Source: Salpingoeca rosetta (lineage: Eukaryota; Protista; Choanoflagellata). From it: a stretch of DNA of 64,000 nt. The notes beneath the pieces were generated by a model. The model saw only the letters and a program-made list of their open reading frames with translations, ran no database searches and was not told the DNA's origin. The translations under genes and the position numbers were made by a program. Numbering within the stretch: the first letter of the stretch is position 1; each line of letters opens with the position of its first letter. This document shows positions 14,075-25,267 of the stretch, one piece after another. The DNA lies in the NCBI GenBank assembly GCA_033442325.1, contig JAWQFM010000029.1, forward strand, positions 1-64,000. The letters are read 5' to 3'.

Positions 14075-14880
14075 GTTGCCACAACGCCTCCACATCCACG
14101 CCCAGCGATTTGCCCGTCTATCGTGGCGTCCGTTTCCTCCCCTCGCCGCCAGCACCAACAACCATCAAGAGCAAGCACATCCGTCGGGATGTGTGCACGG
14201 GGATGGTGGGCTCACCATCGAGCCGCCGCCGCCGACGGCCGGTTGGGTTCAGGTCGCTCGCCAACCCCGGCAGGCACGTGTGTTGGGCGCCGGGACCACA
14301 AGCGCACGTTACAGCACAACAACACCGTCAACACGATTGTGGTTTGAGCAGACGGACGGGTGCGCCCCAAACGCGGGTGGCGTGCTCTAACGTCTCGCCC
14401 GAGGACACGCGCGCGCGAGGTGGGCAAGGGCACGCACGTGGTCGTCAGCCAGAAGACGCTGCAGGCCCCCGTTCGAGACGAAGCTGCAGCTGCCGTCGGG
14501 GATTGCCGCCGAGTTCGCGGGCATGATGCACAGCAAGACCGACGAGGAGACAAGATTGCGGAAGCGCGCTGCTGGGACGCGCCTCTTCACATTCCTGATG
14601 TCGCTGCAGCCCTTTGTATGGTGGGACCTGTCGCTGAGGACGGGTGACCTGAACCCCGAGGAGGAATTAACGGTGGCGCAGGTGCAGCACGAGAGTTGGG
14701 CGCATCCCCGATTGGCGTGGGCGTGCAGCGACGACGTGTTGTTCCGCACGGTCGCGGACGGACAGCGACCCCAGGCTGGCGACCCAGCCCTGCGACAAGG
14801 CTGCTGGGCGTTGTGTACGCTGATCAACCGAACCTGCTGCAGATGCCCCCACACATTCACGTGCTGATGGAACTACTTTT
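14075..14880 (+). pseudogene. GC-rich coding-like remnant of unidentified gene, frameshifted
   Basis: Coding-like composition split over several frames (e.g. RLFTFLMSLQPFVWWDLSL; DDVLFRTVADGQRP). No family recognised. Confidence 0.25.
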
Positions 14881-15182
14881 CCGCCGGCCGCGCCCTGGAG
14901 CTGATACGCAAGGCGGGCGTTGTGGGCGTGGACGTGGGAGTGAAAGAGGACCTGTTTGCTTGCCAGTGTATGGTTGACGTGTGGTGTGGTAGTATGCTCG
15001 TTGCTTGTCAGCCGGTTGAATTGCGTGAAGAGTTTACTAAAGTATCAAACAAGCAACGTCAAGCAAGGCAAGTGAAGTGGCAAGCAAGCACGTGAAGGAA
15101 AGACAGAAGCAAAGGAGCAAAGTGACCAACCAGCAAACCAGCAAGCACAGACACACACACACACACACAGCACAGCACACAG

Positions 15183-17648
15183 TCAAGTGGTGGTGTTGAT
15201 GCGGTTGTTGATGGCGGTGCACCAGTCAGCGAGCGAGGTGTCAGAGTGCGCGTCCAGGCGGAAGACGAAGGTGCGGCCGGGAACAGCAACGTGCATCTCC
15301 TCGCCACCATGCGCGAGCTCAGCTGACAGCACGCTGGAAAGGGGGATGCGCCGCTTGGCCGTGCCTGAAGCGGACTTGCCGTACGCGAGGTGGCCGTCGT
15401 CGTCAAACTTGCACCAGCACGGGCGAAAGGCGGCCCTCCGCCGCCCACGCTTCCGCAGCCAGCCGGCAACAGGCTCACCAGGGCACTTGCAAGCGTCCTT
15501 GTACAACGCTCTTGCTGGTGCAGAGCAGCCACGAGGACAGCCGTGCCCAGTCCCTGTCTTCTTGTCTTCATTGTCGCTGCCTGTGTTTGCTGGGCGTCTT
15601 GCGTCAACATCAGCATGTGCAACTGCACCGAGAAATCGCATGAGCAGGTTGCGTTGTGGAGCAAACGACTGGTATACAACAGCAGAAGAGATGAACCGAA
15701 GCAGAAGGTTGCGATGAGCAAGCACGTTTTGCTGCTGAAGTCGAGACTCTGACACGTGTTGCGTGGATGTGTGCTGCCTGGTCACAGCACCACCGCGAAT
15801 GCGCCGCAGGTTGCGCTCCGCCTTGCGGGTGTTTGGGTGGTTTGCTCCAAGCGTGGTCGCGAAAACGTCGAGTGCCTGCTGGACATAGGCGCAGGCCTGC
15901 TGCTTGTCGCCGCGCTTGGCGTGCAGCAGGCCGATGTTCTCAAGCGTCATGGCTACGCTCGGGTGCTTTTCGCCCAACGCTTCCGCCGTGATGGCGAGGT
16001 CCTTCTCGTACAGCTGAATGGCCTTGTCGAAGTCGCCCTTGCTGCCGTATACAAGGCCGAGGTTGTTGTACGTGTCGGCTGTGCTCGGGTGTTTCTCACC
16101 CAACGTCTCCACCGCGATGGCGAGGGCCGTCTCACAAAGTTGGATGGCTCTGTCGTGCTCCCCCTTGTAGGTGTAGACGATGCCGAGGTTGCCGTACGTG
16201 CTCGCTGTGCTTGGGTGCTTCTCCCCCAGCATTTCCACAAAGACGGCGAGCGCCTTCTCGTAGTGGTGGATGGCTTTACCGTACTCGCCCTTGTCGACGT
16301 AGGCGGCGCCGAGGTTGTTGTATGTGTCGGCTGTGTTCGGGTGCTTCTCGCCCAACGTCTCGATCCTGATGGCGAGCGCCTTCTCATAAAAGGTAATCGC
16401 CTTGTCGTACTCGCCCTTGCTGTAGTGTGTGTTGCCGAGGTTGTTGTACGTCGTGGCTGTGCTCGGGTGCTTCTCGCCCAACGTCTCCACAAACACCTCC
16501 TTCGCCTTCTCATGCAGCTCAATGGCCTTGTCGTACGCGCCCTTGCTGAAGTAGGCGTTGCCGAGGTTGCCGTAGGTGTCGCCTGTACTGGGATGTTTCT
16601 CGCCCAGCGTTTCCACTTTGATGGTGAGGGCCTTCTGGTACAGCTCAATGGCCTTGTCACCGTCGCCCTTGCCGCTGTATGCATTGCCGAGGTTGTTGTA
16701 TGTGTCGACTGTACTGGGGTGTTTCTCCCCACGCGCCTCCACGAAGACGGCGAGAGCCTTCTCGAAGTAGTGGATGGCCTTACAGGAGTCGCCCTTGCTG
16801 AAGTAGGCGTTGCCGAGGTTGTTGTACAGCACCGCCACGTTCCCTCCTTTCTCCCCTTCGGTGCGGAGCCGGATTGCCAGCGCTGTCTCGTAGTAGGCAA
16901 TGGCCTTGTCGTGCTCGCCAAACTCGCTCAGCACCGACCCAACCGCACCGCACAACTCCGCGAAGGCATCAGTGCTGTCCTCGCCACGCGCTCGCATGGC
17001 TTCGACGGCACCCACCGCCTTTTGCAGGCACCACGCGCGCAGCTGGTCCTTCACGGCCTGGTTGACTGCGCTGAAGCCGCCCGCCCACGACTCGATCGCC
17101 GTGAAGATCATGTGCTTGTCGTGTGGGTTGAAGGCGTCGGCTCGCTCTGCCTGCACGCGCACCAGCGTGTCTGTGACGGCTTTAAAGTCACCCGCGATGG
17201 CTAGGACCAGTTCTAACTCCTCGCTCTTGGGCAGTTGGATGGTGACCTCTGTGCCTTCGTTGCTGATGCCACAGAAGATCTCCCACAAACACCACGCGCG
17301 TGTCAAGGGAACAGGGTCCCGCCACGGCATGAGCACCAGCAGCACATGGCCAATGTTAGCAATGGACTCCTTGAATGTGGTGCTCCACCTGGGTGTCGAG
17401 AAAGGGAAAGGAAAACGGGAACGGGTGGAGGGAAGACGAAGACGGGGAGGAAAGGGGAAGGGGTTGCAGTTCTTGTGAGGGAACAGTGTGCGTGTGTCTG
17501 TGTGCGTGTGCGTGGGTAGCAGTGGTTGTTGAAGAGCACAAGAGTTTCACACACACACAGCTGCACACACACGCACACACACAGCTGCACACAGACACAC
17601 AGACACACACACACACAGCTGCACACACACACACACAGCTGCACACAG

Positions 17649-17700
<52 letters not shown>

Positions 17701-18088
17701 CGCACCACTCTTGTGGGAGGTTGGCCGTGACGTTGGCGTTTTGGTTGTTCATGAAGAGGTCAAACCAGAAGAACACGGGCTTGCTGTCGTCTTTCCTTGC
17801 TTGCTCATCCGCAAACTCCAGCAAGACGTTGAGCACGTCTGCGATCTTGTACCGCCATGCGTGCGACACAAACACGGTGGCCTTGTCTACGTGTTCTGGC
17901 GACTGCTTGTGCAGCTGCTCGACGTAGGCGCAGTTGTCCTGGCGCGTGCGTGGCACAACCAGCTGCTTGCAGGCATCCTCCGTAGTCATCTCAGTGTACG
18001 TGTCGGGGAACTCGCTCTGCAGGTCTGCGAAGAAGGTCTTGATCGCCTCCACAGACACGCCGTCTGTCAGGCGGTGCTCGTTGGCCAT
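15183..18088 (-). CDS. HET/TIR-like domain + 9 x 42-aa TPR + C-terminal PH domain protein (~862 aa; exons 18088-17706, 17388-15183)
   Basis: A GT-AG intron joins LPQEW|WSTTF in frame (2589 nt, divisible by 3). N-terminal motifs VFVSHAW, FFWFDLF.NNQ and TRAWCLWE. Kinesin-light-chain-type repeats [29 protein letters not shown] motif VAGWLRKRG...WCKF...LAY...RIPLSSV...GRTFVF...LADWCTAI. Confidence 0.9.
15826..16970 (-). repeat. 126-bp coding tandem repeat (nine TPR units)
   Basis: gggtgcttctcgcccaacgtctc-like and gccgaggttgttgta-like words recur at 126-bp periodicity. Confidence 0.9.
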
Positions 18089-19179
18089 CGTGGCTCTGTT
18101 GTTGTAACAGAAGAACTGAAGTTGAAGGCAGACGTGCGGAGAAACGCACAAGCTTGCGGTGGCGCTTTGGGGGGAGGGGCGTGGGAGGAGAGGAGAGGAG
18201 AACACTGACAACAGGCGCAACAGCTGAGAAATGAACCCTGCAGCTTTGCTTCTTCTTGCTGTCTTTCGTGAGGCCACGCCCCAATTTCTCCCAATTGCAC
18301 TCCACCGCAACCCAATGGGACGGGCCCAAGTCAGTTGGCCTGTTGGTGGGCGGGGCACCCAACGCAGCAGCGAGAAGCCTGGCATGCGTTCTGGGCAGTG
18401 CAGAAAACGCACCCAGACGCGTTTCAGCGTTTCGCTTCGACACCGCAAACAAAGCCACACAACAACCAAGCTTCTAACCTTTGGGTGGCGACTGAGACGC
18501 GCCACTTCCAGAACGGGTCCTTCTTGGCGCGCTGGCTGGGAAAGTGCGTGGTCGACCGACTTCCGCCTCGCCTTTCGCGCGGTGGAGCTTCAGCGCCACA
18601 AGCAGGCTAGCGGCAGGCACAGAAACCAAGATGAGGAAGGCGGGAGGAAGGACATCCCTCGAAGAGGAAGTTTGCACGAAAGGCTTCTCTCTCGGTCTTT
18701 GGACATGCTGGACATTGGCGTTGAGGTGGGGGGGGGGCGTGTGTCGTGTTGTGTCCTTGCGTGTGGTCTTTGGTTTTTCTCTTTGGGAATCACTGCGTCG
18801 GAGACGGAGGAGTGGTCTAGTGGTGACGTTTGTGCTTTCTTTCTCTCATTCTCTTCTCCGTTCGCCAGTCCTCCCCTCGTTTCCTTCTCGAGCACCCTTG
18901 CCATCGACAAGCAGGCCAGCGTATCGATCGACGTCATAGCGTCCGACCCAACGCAGCCCAGCCCAGGCAGCTCCCCTTTCAAGCAGCCAAATCTTTCCAC
19001 GCTCCTCTGCTTCTTCTTTCCAGACCATTTTCCCACAGTCGCACACGACCTCAAAACACCATCAGCCTGCACAGAGCTGCGACTCACACAGACACAGAGC
19101 GACTCACACAGAGCAGTACAACACAAGTACAACAAACACACACACACACAGAGACACACACACACACACACACACAACC

Positions 19180-19764
19180 ATGAACACCACGGTTATGGCC
19201 AACACGACCATGTTCCCGACCTTCAACGGGACCAATGTCACCACCAGTGCAACAACAAACATGACGAGCACCAGCATGTTGACCTCCTCCCCGACCTCGA
19301 CATGGACGACGGGCCCCTTCACCACGCAGACGCCGGCGCCAACGCCGATTCCAGGCAGCCTGGACACCCCGTGGTACTTCAGCGACGTGCTGGACCTGCC
19401 TGCCCTCATCTTGTACGGCATCGTCGGCGCTAACCTCGTGCTCAGCTTCATGGCATGGTTCATCCTGAAGTGCTGCTTGCATCGCCCGCGCTCGGCGCGT
19501 CGCGTGCGCTTCGTTGCGCCCATTGTGCATTTCCTCATCTTCTTCCTGTTTGAGTTTGTGGTTCTCTGTGCTCGACTTCACGCCTGGACCACCAACGACA
19601 ACGAGTACACGCCGTCGTGGACGGCGGAGGGCGAAATGGTGTTCCCCGGTCCAGCGTTTAGCTCAAGCCTCAGCCCCGATTTCCTGCGCGAGGTTGGCTG
19701 CAGCGACTTCATCTTGACCAATGGCACGACGAGCACACTGGAGCCGGTCGGCCCCAGCGAGTAA
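19180..19764 (+). CDS. Single-exon 194-aa membrane glycoprotein: Thr-rich N-terminus, two hydrophobic helices
   Basis: Clean ATG-TAA ORF with GC3 bias. Sequons NTT, NTT, NGT, NVT and NMT. TM segments LPALILYGIVGANLVLSFMAWFIL and FVAPIVHFLIFFLFEFVVLCA are separated by a basic loop, HRPRSARRVR. Confidence 0.75.
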   Translation: MNTTVMANTTMFPTFNGTNVTTSATTNMTSTSMLTSSPTSTWTTGPFTTQTPAPTPIPGSLDTPWYFSDVLDLPALILYGIVGANLVLSFMAWFILKCCLHRPRSARRVRFVAPIVHFLIFFLFEFVVLCARLHAWTTNDNEYTPSWTAEGEMVFPGPAFSSSLSPDFLREVGCSDFILTNGTTSTLEPVGPSE

Positions 19765-20203
19765 AAAAGCTGTCATCAGGCACGGTTGTTGGAATGTGCG
19801 TCAGCAATAAGCAGTCCTCCACTACAGTCCTCTACCTCAGTCCTTTATTCCAGTCCTCTGTCTCGGCAAGCAGAGGCAACATAGAGATAGAGAGTGTGTT
19901 ATGAAGGGAACGGTGTCATTTATCCTACAGCTTTCTTATGCATTGAGTCTGCATCAATACACAAGTATCCACACAAGTCAACAAGCACAACTCATTTCTG
20001 TTTGTAATGTACTGATCGAAACCTTGGTTGTCATCAACATGAAACTCAACATCCATCACGCTCATCACATTCATCACAACACAGCCACTTACCCTCCCCC
20101 ATCCCTCCTCACTCACACCAAAGAAATCATGCAAAGCTGCATCCAAGCAAGCCACAACCAAGAACACCAGAACCCTGCATCCTTGCCCCAATTCCCCACT
20201 TTC

Positions 20204-20614
20204 TCATTGCACCAACGCAAGCGGCTTCAAGAACAGGTCCTCACGCAACAAGTTGTCCAGCTCGTCCGTCAGCGTGCCCGGTGATGTGGTGTGCGCTGGC
20301 GACGTATTGGGCAGCATTGTGGAGATGTGCGTCTCACCAGCGAGTGCTGCATCCTCCACGTCTGCAAGCGCGTATCCGGCAGGGAACGGGTGGAGGCACG
20401 AGAGGTGGACGTAGCTCAGGACGAGATGGTCATAGTCAATCCCTTGCACCTCTTCCTCCACCTCAGCCAACATCTGCACGCACCACGTCGGTTGCAGTTG
20501 GAATTGGCAGTGAGGGCAATGTCGAATAGTGTGTGGTGACATCTCGCACATACCACATCCATGACACGACGCAACGCAAACCACAACACTATGCAAGAAG
20601 CCAGCGTAAGGCAG

Positions 20615-20673
<59 letters not shown>

Positions 20674-20711
20674 ACACACACACACACACACACCATAACG
20701 TACATACTTAC

Positions 20712-20788
<77 letters not shown>

Positions 20789-23289
20789 ATGTCGAGAGCA
20801 AGCCAGGCGTCCTCCTTGAACTTGCTTGGGCAGCGCACCCAGAGATCGATGCGCTCATCGCCGATGATGCGCCCGTAAAGCTCGACGGGGGCAAACAGCG
20901 TGATGAAGCCGTTCTGCCACACGCTGGTGCCGGCGCCGAAGCAATGCACCATGCGCGATTGAATGCGCGGGAAAACGCCCGGAGGGAACACCATGCCAGA
21001 CTCTCGGGGCACGACGAGGCCGCGGCCCGCGTACACGTCCATGCTGGCGTCTGCAGGATTCCACAGGCGATCAGGGTCCCACTGCAGCCGCGACGGCAGC
21101 ACAAAGTGGCGCTCGCTGCTGTTGTGAACGGCCTGGTCTTCCTCAAAGCACAACAGCATGCTTGCAAGCACATCCACCACGGTGTCCGCGGGCATGATGC
21201 GCCCGAGCTTGGACTCAAACTCGCTGAAGGTGACGCGGCCGTTGGTTGTGTGCAGATGCTGTGGGAACCGCTCCGGCGCGAGCGATGGACCAACGACCTG
21301 ACGCAGCAGCCACGGAGGCGACACGAAGATCTGGTCGGCAAGCGATGGAACCGCGTGAAACCACAGCACATCACCGCGCACATGCAAGTACCTGCTCTCG
21401 TGCAATGTGTGTGTGTGGGGGGGGTATGTGAAGGCTGGGTGAAGCGAGAACAGGCAGATTGAAACAAGTCATCGGCATCTGCGAATGAGTTAAACCACCC
21501 CCCCCCCCAACACACACACCCACGAACACATGCGCACCGGAGTGTTTTGCGCAGGACGGACTCGTCAAACTCGAGCGTTTCGCGAAGATCGGCAACGCGC
21601 TCCTTGATGGCAGCGAATAATTTGGCGACCGGCCACGGCCCTTCGTCCTGCCGCCGGCACACGCGGATGCCACGTGCAATCAGCTCCACCACCTTTGGCA
21701 CCCTCACCTCCTGCTGCGTCACCTCCACCCACGCCGCGTGCAGCAGGTCCCGCAGGTGCTGGGTGCCGGCGTCCCGTGCGTCGTGGCAGCGGAGCGGCAC
21801 CAGGAACGGGTGCACGCGCATGGCGTCGCCAAACCACTCCCGCAGCCGCGAGCTGTGCAGCAGCCCGTCGCCGGCCGGGAACAGCTGCGGCGGCGGGGAC
21901 ACGGCGCTGTTGGTGGCGGTAGCGGCGGGCGTGGATGCAAGAGCGTTCTGCTCGTGCACCTTGTCTGCCTTCGTGCCGACAACGAAGACGTGGGGTGGGT
22001 GCTGCGAACGGTGAACGGCCTGTGCGAGGCGCGTTTTGATGAAGCGGAGCCAATACAGCACAGACTCCTCCACGGTGGCCTTGTCCTTGGACAGGTCCAC
22101 GCACACGACAAAGACGGCGTTGTGGTCCGCAAACAGCAGCTCGTGCACCACGTGGTACTCCGTCTGCCCGGCAAAGTCATACACGCGCAGCTTGCAGCGG
22201 GGTGCGCTCTTGCTGGAGGTCGAGGCACGACTGCCGCCACCGTTCTCATCATCGTCATCGCCCTCGTCCTCATCACTGTCGTTATCTCTGTCGCTGTCCG
22301 TGCCAGCGTGCAGCCAGTCTGCGCTGGCGTTTGGGTCATCGGGCGCACACGATGACGTGGATGCCGTGAGCACAACGCTCGCAGACGACCGCTTCCGCCG
22401 CAGCGCAAAGTCGTGCATCTCAATCCCCGGCGTGCGCTGCTCCGGGTGGTCTGGTTCGTCCAGCACCTTGCGCCGGCGCCGGAACAGCGTCGCAAAAAAT
22501 GACGGCGACGCCTGCAGCGTGTTGATGAGTGTCGTCTTGCCGATGCCTTGATGTCCGCACACGAACACCTTGGCCGTGGACAGCGGCACGGAGCCGAGCT
22601 TGAGCAGACTCCCCAGCGCCTCCTGCCGCTCTTCGTTGCGCTCGACGACGGTCATGATGCGATCGTCCAACCCGTCTGACACTTCGTCCATGTCAACGCT
22701 GCAGGCGTGTGGTGTGTACACGTGCATTTGTGTGTGCGTGTGTGTGCGTGTGCGTGCGTGTGTGTGTATGTGTGTGTGTGTGTGTGTGGTTTTGTGTACA
22801 TGTGTGTGTGTGCATGCGAGTTTGTGTAAGTGTCGTGCATAGTGACAGGATTGACATGAGCTCATCGAAACACCACATGCGATCGGCTAAATGACATGTG
22901 AACTGATTGCATGCTGCACTCTTGACACCCAACAACCCACACCGCATACGCACATACACACCACACATGCACACCACACACATCACACCACGTCACAGTA
23001 TCACATCCCCCCCCCCCCCCCCGGCGGCCACAAATTACACGGCTGTACTGACTCGAGCTCGATGATGCGGCGGTTGACGCGAAGAGCGCGCAGGAGCTGG
23101 CGCGCTTCCGTGTCGGTGATCTCAATTTCAGAGAGGCTGGTAAGTGCAGTGGCAGGGTGCGGTGGGGTTGGCAATGTGGCAATGTGGGTGCGGCCAATGG
23201 CACAGGATGAGGATGGGGCTGAGCGGAAAGCAACGACGGTGGCCAGGAGAAAACGTGCTGTACGCACGCCCAGCAGCAGGCACGCAAGT

Positions 23290-23334
<45 letters not shown>

Positions 23335-23372
23335 CGCATGCACAAGTATGCACACACATGCACACGCAACCA

Positions 23373-23428
<56 letters not shown>

Positions 23429-24877
23429 CACACACACACGCACACACGCACACGACTTACTCGATTTCTGCCAGGCCTTGGTTGATGGCAAGCGTGTTAC
23501 AGATGAGGCGCCAAGCTTCAGATGTCATGACGTTGTCCCGAAGACTGGTTGGGTGATGGACAAAACAATGCGCAACGGCGAAAGGGAACGAAGAGCATGT
23601 GATGAGCACACGCATGACGGTCTTTGGCATGACTGCTTCCATTCCCTCTGCTGTTGATGCGGCAAGCAAACCAAAGCATCGACAAAGTGCATCATTTCAC
23701 TGCGATCAACCAGCAGCACCACACACACACACACACACATACACACACACACACGCAATCTGTACCTCAGACAGAGGAGCGTTCGATTGACCCTGAGCGC
23801 ATCAGCCAGCGCCTTCACACCAGAGATGTCGGCCTCCGAATCCGACTCTGCGTCTTCCGGCACACCAAGGAGATCGTTTTCGCCCAACCTGACACGACCA
23901 ACAACCACGACATGTGTGTGTGTGCAAGTGTGTGCAAGTGTGTGCAAGTGTGTGTGTGCAGTGTGTGTTTGTGGGAAGAGGTGAGTTCACTGGCCTGGCT
24001 CATTGCACGTAACACAACAACCTGATGATTGGCATGTCTCACCATCGAATCCACCCAAACAAACAAACACGAACGCGTGCATGCACACACTAACATACAG
24101 ACAAATGTGAGTGCGACGACGCAACATATCCACAGTGCACAGTCACGATGCTCATTACAGGAGGATTTGAAGCGTTGTGTTCTCCTGGAGCGCTTCGCTT
24201 ATGGCCTTCAGGCCGCGCGGTCCTATTCCGTTGTCTTCCAAACTGCGCAACCGCCACGATGGCGTGAGCGGCACAAGTGACAGCAGCGGACGGTGGTGAG
24301 AAGGCGACGGCTGAAGCCCGCACGTGCAAACGCACACACGCACACACGCACACACGCACACATACACACACATGCACACGAAGCACAGAACCCCCCTCCC
24401 CCCCCCCACACACGCACACACATGCACGCATGATTGGACTCACTCCAATTCAACGATGGAAGTATTTCGCTTGAGAGCGTCGGCAATGGCGACTGCGGCA
24501 TCTGGCCCGATCTCGTTTCCTTCCATACTGCGCAGACGTGACGACGCAACGGTCAGATGAGCAACACAGGCAACGCCCATTGCACAAGCACACTGCAGGT
24601 AGGCACAACAGGAGTTGGTAGTCTGAAGACATGTTGGTGCGCGTGTGCATGCGTCAGTGCACGCTTTGGTGCTCATGTGCACGTGTGTGTGTTTGCCTTC
24701 GGGCCCATGGTTCGCATCACTGACTTGAGGGTTTCGAGTGTGGTGTTGAACGGAAGCGCAGCCGCAATCGCCCGTGCTTGTTCGCCGTCAATTTCAATGG
24801 TGCTGAGACTGAAGGCAAAACAAGATGTGTGCGTGTTTGTTTGTTTGTTTGTTTGTGTGTGTGTGTGCGTGTGTGTG

Positions 24878-24940
<63 letters not shown>

Positions 24941-25228
24941 GCAAGAGCAGATGCACAAGAGATGCAAGAACGATGCAATCTGCAAGTGTCTCTCGATGCA
25001 CCAAAGTAGCCCAAAATGACCATCAAGGGTGCACTCACACGCCACACAACAATGGCCTGATCAGCATCACGTACTCGAGATCCTTAACGGTCGTGTTGCC
25101 CTTCAACGCCTCGCCAAGCGCACGCGCCATGTCAAGTGTGAAGTCGTCAACAAAGCTAGTCGACGACACAGCGAACGATGTAACAACCGAGAAGCAGCGT
25201 CAGTGAAAGTGGCGGCGCAGTGTGCGTG

Positions 25229-25267
<39 letters not shown>

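Noticed and set aside
14690-14870. Possible kinase C-lobe remnant (V..G.RP...CW)
   Set aside because: No HRD, DFG or APE motifs found upstream in the translated frames; the resemblance is too weak.
15756-19433. Long plus-strand ORFs (482 aa at 15756, 400 aa at 18231)
   Set aside because: One is the antisense shadow of the TPR gene; the other is a motif-free ORF crossing intergenic DNA and out of frame with the 2-TM gene.
22450-22600. P-loop as NACHT/NB-ARC, i.e. a true NLR
   Set aside because: Downstream T, DFAG and TKAD motifs plus COR identify a Roc GTPase, not a STAND ATPase.
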